Shown here piece after piece: positions 31,299 through 40,737 of a DNA stretch of 64,000 nt. Position numbers and translations under genes: made by a program. Under the pieces are notes generated by a model. The model was not told the DNA's origin, ran no database searches, and worked only from the letters and a program-made list of their open reading frames with translations. How positions within the stretch are numbered: position 1 is the first letter of the stretch; every line of letters starts with the position of its first letter. Source of the stretch: Clostridia bacterium. Lineage in GTDB: Bacteria > Bacillota > Clostridia > Christensenellales > Borkfalkiaceae. Location of the stretch: positions 21,264 to 85,263 of the forward strand of contig JAFQEA010000016.1 of assembly GCA_017399185.1 (NCBI GenBank), in the 5' to 3' direction.

Positions 31299-32702
31299 TT
31301 ATTCTGCAGGTTTGTCTTCTTCAGCTTTCTTTGGTGCAACGATGCTTGGCATTTCTAACCCGGCTGACTTAAACACGTCGTTAAGCGGTGGGAGCGCACC
31401 CATCATGCCCGAAATAAAGTTTGCGGTTGACGTTTTGCCGTTTTCGTTTGCGCCGCTGTCCCAAACGGTTACCTTGTCAATCTTGATGTTCTTGATTGCT
31501 TCAACCTGGGTTTCGATAATCTTTTCAATCTTGTCGGCAATCATAAGGCGTGTTGCTTCGTTGGTGTCGCCACCGGCAGCCTTAACAACTTCCTTTAAGC
31601 CTTCTGCCTGCGCGGTTAAAACTTCGCGTACACCCTTTGCTTGGGCTTCCATCTTGGCAAAGATAGCGTCGGCTTCACCCTTTGCGCGGCGGCGGATTTG
31701 TTCTGCTTCTGCTTCGGCTTGAAGCTCAAGTTCTTGCTTGTGGATTTGCGCTTTTACAAGTACGTCGGCTTCCTGGGTGGATTTTTCCCTTAAGCCACGC
31801 GCGTCTTCTGCAGTCTTTTCTGCGGCGTACGCGTCTTCCAAAGCCTTTGCGCTGTTGATTTTTTCAGCTGAAACTGCGCGCTGTTCGGCTTCTGCCTGGC
31901 GTTGGCGGAGCTCTGAAATAGAGTTTGCAATGGCCGCTTTTGCTTCGTTTTCGCCTTGGATTGCTTTTGCATCGGCTTCGGCAACGGAGATACGTTGCTC
32001 TCTTCTTGCGTTGGCTTCACCGATAGCACCGTTTCTGTCGGCTTCGGCAACGGAAATTTTAGCGTCGTTTATTGCTTTTGCAGCGGCTTCCTTACCGAGC
32101 GCCACAATGTATCCCGATTCGTCGGAAATATCTGTTACGTTTACGTTGATTAGCCTTAAACCAATCTTTTTAAGTTCGCCTTCAACGTTTAAGCTTACTG
32201 CGTCCAAAAACTTGTCACGGTTGGTGTTGATTTCTTCAATGTCCATGGTCGCGATAACAAGACGGAGCTGACCAAAAATAATGTCCTTTGCAAGCTCTTG
32301 TATCTGATTTAATTTTAAACCAAGCAAACGTTCTGCCGCGTTTTGCATGATGCCCGGCTCTGTTGAAATACCTACCGTGAAAATCGACGGTACGTCAATA
32401 CGGATGTTCTGGCGGGAAAGCGCGCTCTTTAAGTCAACCGCGATTGAAATCGGCGTTAAGTCCATAAATTGGTAGGCCTGGAATAGCGGAACTATGAAGC
32501 TTACGCCGCCGTGCAAGCATTTTGCAGAGCGGTGCTGGTCGCCTTTGCCGGACGAAACCTTACCGTAAACGACCATGATTTTATCTGAAGGGCACTTCTT
32601 AAAGCGTGTTGCAATCAATAATAAAATCATTACAAGTATTAATGGGATAACCACAAGTAAGGTTACTAACCCGTCTTGGTTTATCAATAGGTTGTTTAAC
32701 AT
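31299..32702 (-). CDS. floT: flotillin-like SPFH/band-7 protein (FloT/YuaG-like)
   Basis: N-terminal TM, SPFH domain, then a long Ala/Glu-rich coiled coil (AEAEQRAVSAEK…ELQAEAEAEQIRRRA). Paired with an upstream NfeD gene. Confidence 0.8.
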   Translation of the reverse strand: MLNNLLINQDGLVTLLVVIPLILVMILLLIATRFKKCPSDKIMVVYGKVSSGKGDQHRSAKCLHGGVSFIVPLFQAYQFMDLTPISIAVDLKSALSRQNIRIDVPSIFTVGISTEPGIMQNAAERLLGLKLNQIQELAKDIIFGQLRLVIATMDIEEINTNRDKFLDAVSLNVEGELKKIGLRLINVNVTDISDESGYIVALGKEAAAKAINDAKISVAEADRNGAIGEANARREQRISVAEADAKAIQGENEAKAAIANSISELRQRQAEAEQRAVSAEKINSAKALEDAYAAEKTAEDARGLREKSTQEADVLVKAQIHKQELELQAEAEAEQIRRRAKGEADAIFAKMEAQAKGVREVLTAQAEGLKEVVKAAGGDTNEATRLMIADKIEKIIETQVEAIKNIKIDKVTVWDSGANENGKTSTANFISGMMGALPPLNDVFKSAGLEMPSIVAPKKAEEDKPAE

Positions 32703-32730
32703 TTTTTATACTCCTTATAAAGTTTTTTGT

Positions 32731-32758
32731 GTTAATCGGCTTATAGACCGACTTTTAT
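32731..32758. repeat. short dispersed motif taatcgGCTTATAGaCCgactttt (family of at least 6 copies)
   Basis: Palindromic core ggCTTATAGcc. Other copies at 33726-33750, 37925-37950, 42338-42367 and 43446-43470 (inverted), plus a weaker one at 40649-40673. Confidence 0.55.
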
Positions 32759-33360
32759 ATTGATTCAACGACTAAAACGTCGTCTTCAACGTCAACAATT
32801 TTAACCTTTGCACCCGTTTTTATAGGTGTTGCGGACAGGGTTTTTGCAGAAAGCTCTCTTAAAGATTCGTTCAGTATAACCGTGATTTTGCCGCTTCCTT
32901 GACCGTTTGCTGGGATTGTAAGATAAACGTCCGCAGTTTTACCAACGGCTGCTTTATATGATATATTGCCGCTTGACTGTAAGCCTAAAAGCCATTTAAG
33001 TAAAAACGCCATACCAACTAGCGCCGCCACACCGCATACAATCGATAAAATAACCGCTAAAGTCGGGTTGCTGTCGCCAAACGTAAAGCCAACCCAGCCG
33101 CCAACCGTTAAAAAGGCGATAAGCCCGCGCACGGTAAAAAGGCGGAAACCCGGGTCGCCGTCAAACACGTCGTTTACGTCGGTGTCAACGTCGGTATCAA
33201 CGTCAACGTCAACGTCCACATCCACGTCGCCGTCAAAATCGGCTTCCCCGCCGGAAAAACCAATTATCATAAGTATGATTTGAACTATAAGTAAAACCGT
33301 TGCAGGCGTTGCTATGCAAAAATAGATTTTTTGCATTAAGTTAAGTGCTTGCCACCACAT
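32755..33360 (-). CDS. NfeD-family membrane protein (YuaF-like), flotillin partner
   Basis: Two TM segments plus a C-terminal OB-like domain (GKITVILNE…AKVKIVDVEDDVLVV). Its position immediately upstream of floT matches the known nfeD-floT operon. Confidence 0.65.
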   Translation of the reverse strand: MWWQALNLMQKIYFCIATPATVLLIVQIILMIIGFSGGEADFDGDVDVDVDVDVDTDVDTDVNDVFDGDPGFRLFTVRGLIAFLTVGGWVGFTFGDSNPTLAVILSIVCGVAALVGMAFLLKWLLGLQSSGNISYKAAVGKTADVYLTIPANGQGSGKITVILNESLRELSAKTLSATPIKTGAKVKIVDVEDDVLVVESI

Positions 33361-33373
33361 AATTTCACCCCCA

Positions 33374-33710
33374 ATAGATAATAATGAATAGTAAATAGTG
33401 TCCGTGCGTATGCACGGCGTGAATAATCTCTTGCGCTCGCGCAAGTATTGTTGTTAGCTTATTCAAAGACGTTGTCATCCTGAGCCCAACCGCAAAGCGG
33501 TTGTGGCGTCAGGACCCCCTTGAGTTTCAAGATAACTTAAGTAAAACGTTGATAATATATTTGTTAGTATTTACAATCCTTCAGTCTTTGACTTCGTCAA
33601 ATCCAGCTCCCTTTACACAAGGGAGCCTTTTTTAATTTATTAAAGACTTTTTGCCAAGGGCAAAAAGTTTACCACAATTCTTCATTCTTCATTCTTCATT
33701 CTACATTCTT
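33374..33710. repeat. BOX-like composite repeat (inverted B', E/C, D, A, B modules)
   Basis: gttgtcatcctgagcccaaccgcaaagcggttgtggcgtcaggacccccttgagtttcaagataacttaagtaaaacgttg…gctccctttacacaagggagc…gactttttgccaagggcaaaaagtttaccacaatt(cttcatt)n. Confidence 0.75.
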
Positions 33711-33749
33711 CATTAAAAAGTAGCGTTAATCGGCTTATAGCCCTACTTT

Positions 33750-34346
33750 TTATAAAAAACTTTCAATATACGCTTTAAATTCTTCGTCGCGCTCGGTATA
33801 ATTTATAACCGACAGATACATTGACGCCGTATCAAAGGTTGCATCGTGCGCCTTTGCTTCATTTTTACCAAAAAGCCTTTCAACGGCCTTTACCGCTTCA
33901 AACGGATACACGTCACAAAAAGCAGCAAGCTCACCAAGCTTTGGGTGCTTATATCCGCGCCCGTAAGGCTTTGATAGCTTACAGATTGGCGTAAAGTGGC
34001 GCATGGTGTCAAGCTTTTCCTTGTACCTATAGACGTAGCCAAGGCTTGCAAACTCTGCCGTCATAAAGCATTGGTCAAAGTTAAAGTTATGGCTTACCGT
34101 CAAATCTGCGCGGTCAAAGTCGGCCTTGATTTCTTCAAAGTGGTCGTAAAAATCCTGCCCGCCCGATAATTCTTCCAAATCTTCAACAGTGATGCCGTGC
34201 ACCGCCGCGGCAGAAGGCTCAATAAAGCCTACCTTAAAATAAAAGTTCTTTGCGGTTATATTGCCGCGTTCCTGCATAATATAGGACAGCTGTATGATAT
34301 GTCCTGGGCGCAGGCCCGTGGTTTCGGTGTCAAAGTATAGTATCAT
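33750..34346 (-). CDS. DEDD-type 3'-5' exonuclease domain protein (DnaQ-like)
   Basis: ILYFDTETTGL (Exo I motif), …HNFNFD… and …HDATFDTAS… (Exo III with His). An alternative TTG start lies 6 codons upstream. Confidence 0.55.
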   Translation of the reverse strand: MILYFDTETTGLRPGHIIQLSYIMQERGNITAKNFYFKVGFIEPSAAAVHGITVEDLEELSGGQDFYDHFEEIKADFDRADLTVSHNFNFDQCFMTAEFASLGYVYRYKEKLDTMRHFTPICKLSKPYGRGYKHPKLGELAAFCDVYPFEAVKAVERLFGKNEAKAHDATFDTASMYLSVINYTERDEEFKAYIESFL

Positions 34347-34440
34347 ATCCCCATTATAGCACAAAAATTCGCCAATAACAAGATATTTGACATAAAAATG
34401 ATTGTATGTTATACTAAATAAAAATAATAAGGAGTGACTT

Positions 34441-34776
34441 ATGGCTAAAAAGACTAAAGGTTTATTAATTACCGCTATAATTTTCGTCGTGCTTTGCGTA
34501 TTAAGCCACGCTTATTTTGGCTATTCGTTTATCGACGTTAAGCTTTCAGAAGAAAATTTAGCAGGTATTGCGTTTATCGTTTTGCTCCCGCTGTGGTTTA
34601 TCGTGGGCGGGGCGCTAACGGTTATTTCAATCGTTTTGACCTGCTGTTTGATTAAAACAACGCTTAAAATCAGCTTGATTTTATTGGGTATAATAGTTAT
34701 CGCCGCAATCTTTAGCGTGCTTGCATTATTCGTTTTCGGTGCACCGCTTAACACCGCAACTGCGTTTTTAGCGTAA
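34441..34776 (+). CDS. small hypothetical membrane protein (3 TM)
   Basis: 111 aa, hydrophobic. A GGAG RBS precedes the ATG. Confidence 0.35.
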   Translation: MAKKTKGLLITAIIFVVLCVLSHAYFGYSFIDVKLSEENLAGIAFIVLLPLWFIVGGALTVISIVLTCCLIKTTLKISLILLGIIVIAAIFSVLALFVFGAPLNTATAFLA

Positions 34777-34967
34777 AAAGTGATATGTTTTTTTAAAAAA
34801 TCACCCAAATATTACCAAATTAACTTATTGCGGTTGTAAATTTAGCGTAAAATATTGTAATATATAAATATATTACAAAAATTTGTTTGTTAACAAAAGG
34901 CATATACCTTTTGTTTGCGTTTGCTGCTCAAACGCAAAGCATACTTTACTGCCACAAAAAGGCGTTT

Positions 34968-36224
34968 ATGAATAAGACTAAAAAGAAGAAAACAAAAAAA
35001 TGGATTAAAACAAGGCATAGGATTGTGCAACACTTTGTTATGCCTATATTTTACGTTTGGTCCAAAATATCTTACGGGCTTAAAATCCAAAGGCTTAAAA
35101 AGCGCGATAAGCGCCAGTACCTTATAATATGCAACCACCAAACGGCGTTTGACCAGTTTTTTGTTTCGCTTTTGTTAAAGCGCACGATTTTTTACGTCGC
35201 AAGCGAAGATATTTTTTGCAAGGGCTTTGTATCAAAGCTGTTAAGCCGTTACATTGCGCCTATCCCCATTAAAAAATCTGTGACCGATATTCGTGCTATC
35301 ATGAATATTTTAAAGGTCAAAAACGAAGGCGGGACTATTGCAATTTTCCCCGAAGGCAACCGCACCTATAGCGGCGAAACGGGTTACATAAAGCCGGGCA
35401 TTGTCAGTCTTATCAAAAAGCTTGGGCTGCCCCTTCTTGTATTAAGGATTGAAGGCGGCTACGGCGTAGAGCCGCGCTGGGCAAAGAAGCAGCGAAAAGG
35501 CACAACTTATATCCGCGCGCTTGAAGTGGTCGAAAAGGAAGATTATCAGAAATTGAGCGATAGTGAGCTTGAAAAATTCGTTGCCGATAAGCTTTATCAC
35601 AGCGAAGCCAAGGTCACCGAAACCTATAAGTCAAATGCGCGTGCAGAGTACCTTGACAGGGCTATGTACGTTTGCCCGTACTGCGGGATAGCAAGATTAA
35701 ACGCAAGCGGTAACTTTATAAAATGCACCAAGTGTGGGCGTGAGACGGAGTATCTTGAAACCAAACAGCTTAAGGGCGTGGGGTTTGACTTCCCGTTTGA
35801 GTTCGTTGCCGATTGGTATAAGTACCAATGCGATTTTATCGCGAAAACCGACCTATTGGCCCACTTATCACAGCCAATCTGGCAGGAAACAGCCACGGTT
35901 TGGGACACGAAAATGTTCAAAATGCCAAAGCCGATTTTTGAAAACGCCAATATCAGCTTGTTTGGTGACAGATACGTTATTTCTTCACCAACGGGCGAAT
36001 TAACCATAAGCTTCAGCGACGTAACAGCCGTTACAGCGCTTGGCAAAAACAAGCTTAATATTTACGTGGGTGATATGATTTATCAGCTTAAGGGCGACTG
36101 CCACTTTAACCCGCTTATCTTTATGAACGTTTATTACGTGTTTGTAAAAGCAAACAAAAAGGAGGAGCAAAATGAACTTGCTTGTAAGCAGTCAGGAAAA
36201 TCTAATCAATTTTTGGGAATCTGA
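34968..36224 (+). CDS. lysophospholipid acyltransferase (PlsC-like) with a C-terminal zinc-ribbon-containing extension
   Basis: Motif I ICNHQTAFD, motif III IAIFPEGNRT, and C-terminal CPYCG…CTKCG. Confidence 0.5.
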   Translation: MNKTKKKKTKKWIKTRHRIVQHFVMPIFYVWSKISYGLKIQRLKKRDKRQYLIICNHQTAFDQFFVSLLLKRTIFYVASEDIFCKGFVSKLLSRYIAPIPIKKSVTDIRAIMNILKVKNEGGTIAIFPEGNRTYSGETGYIKPGIVSLIKKLGLPLLVLRIEGGYGVEPRWAKKQRKGTTYIRALEVVEKEDYQKLSDSELEKFVADKLYHSEAKVTETYKSNARAEYLDRAMYVCPYCGIARLNASGNFIKCTKCGRETEYLETKQLKGVGFDFPFEFVADWYKYQCDFIAKTDLLAHLSQPIWQETATVWDTKMFKMPKPIFENANISLFGDRYVISSPTGELTISFSDVTAVTALGKNKLNIYVGDMIYQLKGDCHFNPLIFMNVYYVFVKANKKEEQNELACKQSGKSNQFLGI

Positions 36225-37614
36225 CGCCTGGGGCTTTATAACCATTATTGCAGTTCTTGTTTGCAGCTTAATCGTTGCAAACGTTCTCAAAAAGAGTGTT
36301 AAGTTTTTAGAAAAATCACTAATCCCAACGTCAGTTCTTGGCGGTATGATTTTACTTATTATTTCCTTTGTGTACACCGTTATCAAAGGTCAAAACCCCG
36401 ACGGCACGTGGGAAAATATATTCAACCTTGACTTCTTTGGCGGTAACGGGCTACGCGCGTTGTACATTATTGCTTACCACGGCCTTGCAATCGGGTTTAT
36501 CGCTTCAACCTTTAAGCCGCAAACGGGTAAGTTTAACCGTAAGCGCACGGCAGAAGTTTTCAACACGGGTGTTACAACCGTTGCAACCTATCTTTTACAA
36601 GGTGTGTTGGGTATGGGGATAACCATTTTGCTCGGCACTTTCGTAATGAAGGATCTATTTAAGGCTTCAGGGCTTATCCTTCCGTTTGGCTACGGCCAAG
36701 GCACGGGTCAGGCTTTAAACTGGGGTACCGCGTGGGAAAATCGCACCCAAGCCCCAATCTTTGAAGGCGGTGCTAACTTTGGTCTTACCGTTGCGGCGCT
36801 TGGCTTCTTATCGGCAAGCATCGGCGGCGTTATCCATCTTAACATTATGAAAAAGAAGGGCCGCTTAAAGCATATCAACGTTGAATCAACTGCGGTTGAC
36901 GCTTCACAGATTTTAGCAAAGAACGAAACGCCTTTCGTTGAAAGCATTGATAAAATGTCTATTCAGCTCGGCTTCGTTTTCGGCACTTACGTTATAGCTT
37001 ACGTTTTAATGTGGGCGTTATCTAAAGCAATACCTTCAATGACACCAACTATTTACGGCTTTAACTTCCTGTTCGGTGTGCTTGGTGCGGTGCTTGTAAA
37101 GAATATTTTAAAGGGTCTTAAAAAGTGTGGCGCTGTTAAAAAGGAATACATAAACGGATTCTTGATGGACCGTATTTGCGGCTTTGCATTTGACCTTATG
37201 ATCGTTGCAGGCTTTGCCGCAATCGAACTTCAGCTTCTTGTTGATTATTGGCACGTATTATTAATTATGGGCGTTGTTGGCGCAGTTTCTACCTACTTTT
37301 ATAATTCTTTCGTTGCTAAAAAGCTGTTCCCGTCTTACGCTGACGAACAATTTATGGCAATGTACGGTATGCTAACAGGTACGGCTTCAACGGGGATGAT
37401 GCTTTTGCGCGAAGTTGACGACGGCACTTCTTTATCACAAGAAAATTTAGTTTATCAAAACCTGCCGGCAATCGTTTTCGGCTTCCCGATAATGCTGCTT
37501 GCTGCAATCGCGCCTGAAAAGCCGCTTGAAGTCTGCTTGATTTTATTAGGCTTCTTTGTCGTTTTGAATATAATTTTGTTCAGAAGCTTTATCTTTAAGC
37601 GAAAGAAAAAGTAA
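36172..37614 (+). CDS. polytopic membrane transporter, possibly the sodium/glutamate symporter (GltS) family
   Basis: 480 aa with about 12 TM segments. The N-terminus resembles GltS (…SLIPTSVLGGMILL…). AAGGAGG RBS. It overlaps the upstream gene by 53 nt. Confidence 0.4.
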   Translation: MNLLVSSQENLINFWESDAWGFITIIAVLVCSLIVANVLKKSVKFLEKSLIPTSVLGGMILLIISFVYTVIKGQNPDGTWENIFNLDFFGGNGLRALYIIAYHGLAIGFIASTFKPQTGKFNRKRTAEVFNTGVTTVATYLLQGVLGMGITILLGTFVMKDLFKASGLILPFGYGQGTGQALNWGTAWENRTQAPIFEGGANFGLTVAALGFLSASIGGVIHLNIMKKKGRLKHINVESTAVDASQILAKNETPFVESIDKMSIQLGFVFGTYVIAYVLMWALSKAIPSMTPTIYGFNFLFGVLGAVLVKNILKGLKKCGAVKKEYINGFLMDRICGFAFDLMIVAGFAAIELQLLVDYWHVLLIMGVVGAVSTYFYNSFVAKKLFPSYADEQFMAMYGMLTGTASTGMMLLREVDDGTSLSQENLVYQNLPAIVFGFPIMLLAAIAPEKPLEVCLILLGFFVVLNIILFRSFIFKRKKK

Positions 37615-37620
37615 AATATA

Positions 37621-37657
37621 AAAAGGCTTAACCAAAAGGGTTAAGCTTTTTTTGTTT
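37621..37657 (+). terminator. terminator after the transporter gene
   Basis: gcttaacc-aaaaggg-ttaagc followed by TTTTTTT. Confidence 0.5.
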
Positions 37658-37688
37658 AAAAAGTGCGCGCATTGGCTATAATTTAGCT

Positions 37689-37928
37689 ATGATAAAGCAA
37701 AATAAATGTGTAAGCGTAATAAAAAAAGATATCGAAGCCCTTTTTGAAAAGCCCGTTAAAATCACGCAAAACTTGGGGCGGAACAAATACGTTTCCTTTT
37801 TTGGGGTGATAACGGGCGTGTATCCTGCGCTGTTTACTGTGCTTCCAAAAGATAAATATCTTGGTAAAACAAGCTTTTCTTACTCGGAAGTCCTTATGGG
37901 CAGCGTAAAGGTCAATAAAGTGGTTTAA
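37689..37928 (+). CDS. veg: Veg-family protein (DUF1021)
   Basis: 79 aa. …GVITGVYPALFTVLP…SFSYSEVLMGSV resembles Bacillus Veg (…SYSYADIL…). Confidence 0.5.
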   Translation: MIKQNKCVSVIKKDIEALFEKPVKITQNLGRNKYVSFFGVITGVYPALFTVLPKDKYLGKTSFSYSEVLMGSVKVNKVV

Positions 37929-37950
37929 TCGGCTTATAGCCCCACTTTTT
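37925..37950. repeat. short dispersed motif ttaatcggcttatagccccacttttt, overlapping the veg stop codon
   Basis: Same motif family as 32731, 33726, 42338 and 43446. Confidence 0.55.
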
Positions 37951-37974
37951 GGTGTTTTTATCTATAAATAAATC

Positions 37975-38010
37975 AAAAAAACTTGCCAAATAAAGGCAAG
38001 TTTTTTGTTT
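37975..38010. terminator. bidirectional terminator between veg and the serine dehydratase gene
   Basis: aaaaaaacttgcc-aaataaa-ggcaagttttttg. Confidence 0.5.
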
Positions 38011-39239
38011 TAACTTATTTTAATTTTTGCAAGGCCGCCTTCAGAAGTTTCCTTGTAGCGTGTGGACATATCGTGCCCGGTTTCCTTCATGGCTTTTACA
38101 ACCTTGTCAAAGGATATCTTACGGGTATCGGATAAAAAGCCCGAAAGCGTTACTGCGTTTATCGCACGTATTGCCGCAACGGCGTTTCTTTCAATGCAAG
38201 GTATTTGCACAAGACCACAAATTGGGTCACACGTAAGCCCCAAATGGTGTTCAATAGCAATCTCTGCGGCGTATTCAATATCATCAAGGCTTCTTCCTAA
38301 AAGCTCTGAAAGCGCCGCAGCCGCCATAGCGCACGCCGTGCCAACTTCTGCCTGACAACCGCATTCCGCACCCGAAATTGAAGCATTGGTTTTAATAAGG
38401 TTGCCGATAATGCCGCCTGCTAAAAGCGCATTGACAATCTGCTCGTCGGTGTAGCTGTTTTTTTGCTGGTGATAGTATAGTATTGCGGGCACAACGCCAG
38501 CGGCCCCACACGTCGGTGCGGTGACTATTTTTTCGTAAGCGGCGTTTTGTTCGGAAACGGCAAACGCGTAAGCACACACCAAGCGGCTTTCTTTTACTTC
38601 GGGCGGTTCGTTTTCCTTGCTTGTGGTGAAAAGCGTTTTTGCCTTTCTTGCAACGTTAAGCCCACCCGGTAGTATGCCTTCGGCTTTTATGCCTTGGGTG
38701 ACGGCTTGCTTCATTTGCTCCCAGCACCGTAAAGCGTATTGGCGGATAAAATCGCCCTCAATTTTTACAGCGTACTCTGATAAGCGCAAATTGTTTTTAA
38801 TACAATAGCTTTTTATGTCGGCAAAGCTTGCGTGCGGATAAACTATTGGCATAGTACCCAAAGGGGAATTATCAAACTTGATTTTTCCGCCACCAACTGA
38901 TATAACGCGTGTTGAATCCACAACACGGTCGCCTTGGATGGCTAAAACGTCCATCGTGTTGGGGTGGGGCAGATTCTCGCCGTCCAAAAACTCAACGTCA
39001 ACCTGCTTTGGCGCAAGCGTCTTTTTTATAACGACGTCCGTGCCGTGGCCCTTACCCGTTTTTGATAATGAGCCGTAAAGCATTACCTTAAAGCGGTCAG
39101 CCGTCGGGTTCTTTTGTGAAAACAATGATACTGCAAGCTCGGGCCCCATCGTGTGTGAGCTTGACGGGCCAAAGCCAATGCGGTAAAGCTCGGTTAAAGA
39201 TTCCATACCGACCGTTTTGTTGTTAAGCGTTGATTCCAT
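38010..39239 (-). CDS. sdaA: L-serine ammonia-lyase (iron-sulfur dependent, single-chain beta+alpha)
   Basis: YRIGFGPSSSHTMGP (beta-chain N-terminus) and …GAECGCQAEVGTACAMAAA…CGLVQIPCIERNA (alpha chain). Confidence 0.8.
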   Translation of the reverse strand: MESTLNNKTVGMESLTELYRIGFGPSSSHTMGPELAVSLFSQKNPTADRFKVMLYGSLSKTGKGHGTDVVIKKTLAPKQVDVEFLDGENLPHPNTMDVLAIQGDRVVDSTRVISVGGGKIKFDNSPLGTMPIVYPHASFADIKSYCIKNNLRLSEYAVKIEGDFIRQYALRCWEQMKQAVTQGIKAEGILPGGLNVARKAKTLFTTSKENEPPEVKESRLVCAYAFAVSEQNAAYEKIVTAPTCGAAGVVPAILYYHQQKNSYTDEQIVNALLAGGIIGNLIKTNASISGAECGCQAEVGTACAMAAAALSELLGRSLDDIEYAAEIAIEHHLGLTCDPICGLVQIPCIERNAVAAIRAINAVTLSGFLSDTRKISFDKVVKAMKETGHDMSTRYKETSEGGLAKIKIS

Positions 39240-39424
39240 AACTGCACCTTAAATTTATACTGTATTAATTTTATATTGTTTAAGCCATTTTATCAAGTAT
39301 TTTAAAGGTTTAGTAAAAAAGATATCAAAAACTATTTTTTATACCACCCCAAACAAGGACGATAAGGTGCTAAATGCTGTCAAAGTGTTGCTTTTTTGCG
39401 CGGAATAATATATAATAACTTATT

Positions 39425-40045
39425 ATGAATAAGTTAAAGGATGCTTTAAAACTGTTTGCGATTTTCTTTAAAATAGGTCTTTTCACCTTTGGCGGTGGAT
39501 ACGCGATGATTTCGGTTATCACGCATGAGATTGTTGAAAAGCGCAAATACATATCCAATGCAGAGTTTTCCGACCTTGTTGCTATTGCCGAGTCCACGCC
39601 CGGGCCTATTGCAATCAATAGCGCAACCTACATAGGTTATCGCAAGGCGGGTGTTTTGGGTGCTATTTTTTCAAGCATTGGCGTGTGCTTGCCGTCGCTT
39701 ATTATTATCTTCTTAATTTCCTTATTCTTTACGGATATACTAAAATATACGCTCGTGCAAAAGGCGTTTAGGGGGATACAGTGCGGCGTTTCCATACTTG
39801 TTTTTATGGCGGGGGTTAAGCTGCTTAAGAATATCGAAAAGAATTGGATTTCTTACACGCTTATTGCTTTGTCGGTCCTTGTTATGCTTTCAATGAAGTT
39901 CTTCAGCTATTCCTTCTCAACGATTTTTATCGTTTTATTCGGTGCGGTTTTAGGTATTGCGGTATATCTGCCGAAGGAAAAAAAGGCCGAAAACCGACCT
40001 ATAGCCCAGGATTCAGATAAAAAAGAAGGAGGCGATACGGAATGA
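39425..40045 (+). CDS. chrA: chromate transporter family protein (half-size ChrA, N-half)
   Basis: FKIGLFTFGGGYAMISVI…VAIAESTPGPIAIN. Confidence 0.75.
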   Translation: MNKLKDALKLFAIFFKIGLFTFGGGYAMISVITHEIVEKRKYISNAEFSDLVAIAESTPGPIAINSATYIGYRKAGVLGAIFSSIGVCLPSLIIIFLISLFFTDILKYTLVQKAFRGIQCGVSILVFMAGVKLLKNIEKNWISYTLIALSVLVMLSMKFFSYSFSTIFIVLFGAVLGIAVYLPKEKKAENRPIAQDSDKKEGGDTE

Positions 40046-40638
40046 TATTCTTGAAATTGTTTTTCACCTTCTTCAAAATTGGCTTGTTCTCGTTTGGCGG
40101 CGGATACGGTATGCTACCGCTCATTTTGCAGGAAACCGTTAAAAACGGCTGGCTTACGGAAAGCGAATTTTATTCCTTTTTAGCCGTTGCCGAATCCACC
40201 CCGGGTCCTATTGCCGTAAATATGGCAACCTACGTCGGCAGTACGCAGGGTATGTTCACGTACGGCGGCAACGTGTTTTTCGGGGCTTTAGGCTCAATCA
40301 TTGCAACGCTTGGTGTGATTATGCCGTCAATCATTATCATACTGCTTATCGTTGCGATACTTAAAAACTTTTTAAAATACCGCGCGGTAAGATGCGCGCT
40401 CATGGGTATGAAGCCACTTATCTGCGGTATGATTATGGCAACGGGTATAACGCTTGCAATAACCAATATTTTGCCAAATCTATATAGCTTTAGCTTGAAG
40501 GGCTTTTCTTATATGGCTTTAATAGTAACGGCAATTTTAGCAGGAATTTATTTCGGTTATAAAAAGCTGTTTAAAAAGAATTTATCCCCGATACTGCTTA
40601 TTTTAATATCTGCCGTATTTGGCATGCTGTTGCTGTAA
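40042..40638 (+). CDS. chrA: chromate transporter family protein (half-size ChrA, C-half)
   Basis: FKIGLFSFGGGYGMLPLI…LAVAESTPGPIAVN. 4-nt ATGA overlap with its partner. Confidence 0.75.
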   Translation: MIFLKLFFTFFKIGLFSFGGGYGMLPLILQETVKNGWLTESEFYSFLAVAESTPGPIAVNMATYVGSTQGMFTYGGNVFFGALGSIIATLGVIMPSIIIILLIVAILKNFLKYRAVRCALMGMKPLICGMIMATGITLAITNILPNLYSFSLKGFSYMALIVTAILAGIYFGYKKLFKKNLSPILLILISAVFGMLLL

Positions 40639-40685
40639 AAATGCAAATAACCGACTTATAGGCCGATATTTTTAAATTAAAACAC

Positions 40686-40717
40686 AAAAAAGCTTGGCAA
40701 AACGCCAAGCTTTTTTC
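40686..40717. terminator. bidirectional terminator between chrA and the MATE gene
   Basis: aaaaaagcttggc-aaaac-gccaagctttttt. Confidence 0.55.
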
Positions 40718-40737
40718 ATTATAGCTATTAAACACTA

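Noticed and set aside
31087-32271. Plus-strand ORFs of 211 and 177 aa opposite the flotillin gene
   Set aside because: Antisense ORFs are produced by the Ala/Glu-rich coiled-coil codons of floT. They are low complexity with no RBS, and the flotillin reading on the minus strand is far better supported.
39425-40638. chrA apparently split into two genes, a possible pseudogene
   Set aside because: Each half is an intact ORF of about 200 aa with its own conserved FGGG…ESTPGP motifs and a 4-nt coupling overlap. Tandem half-size ChrA pairs are a known functional arrangement.
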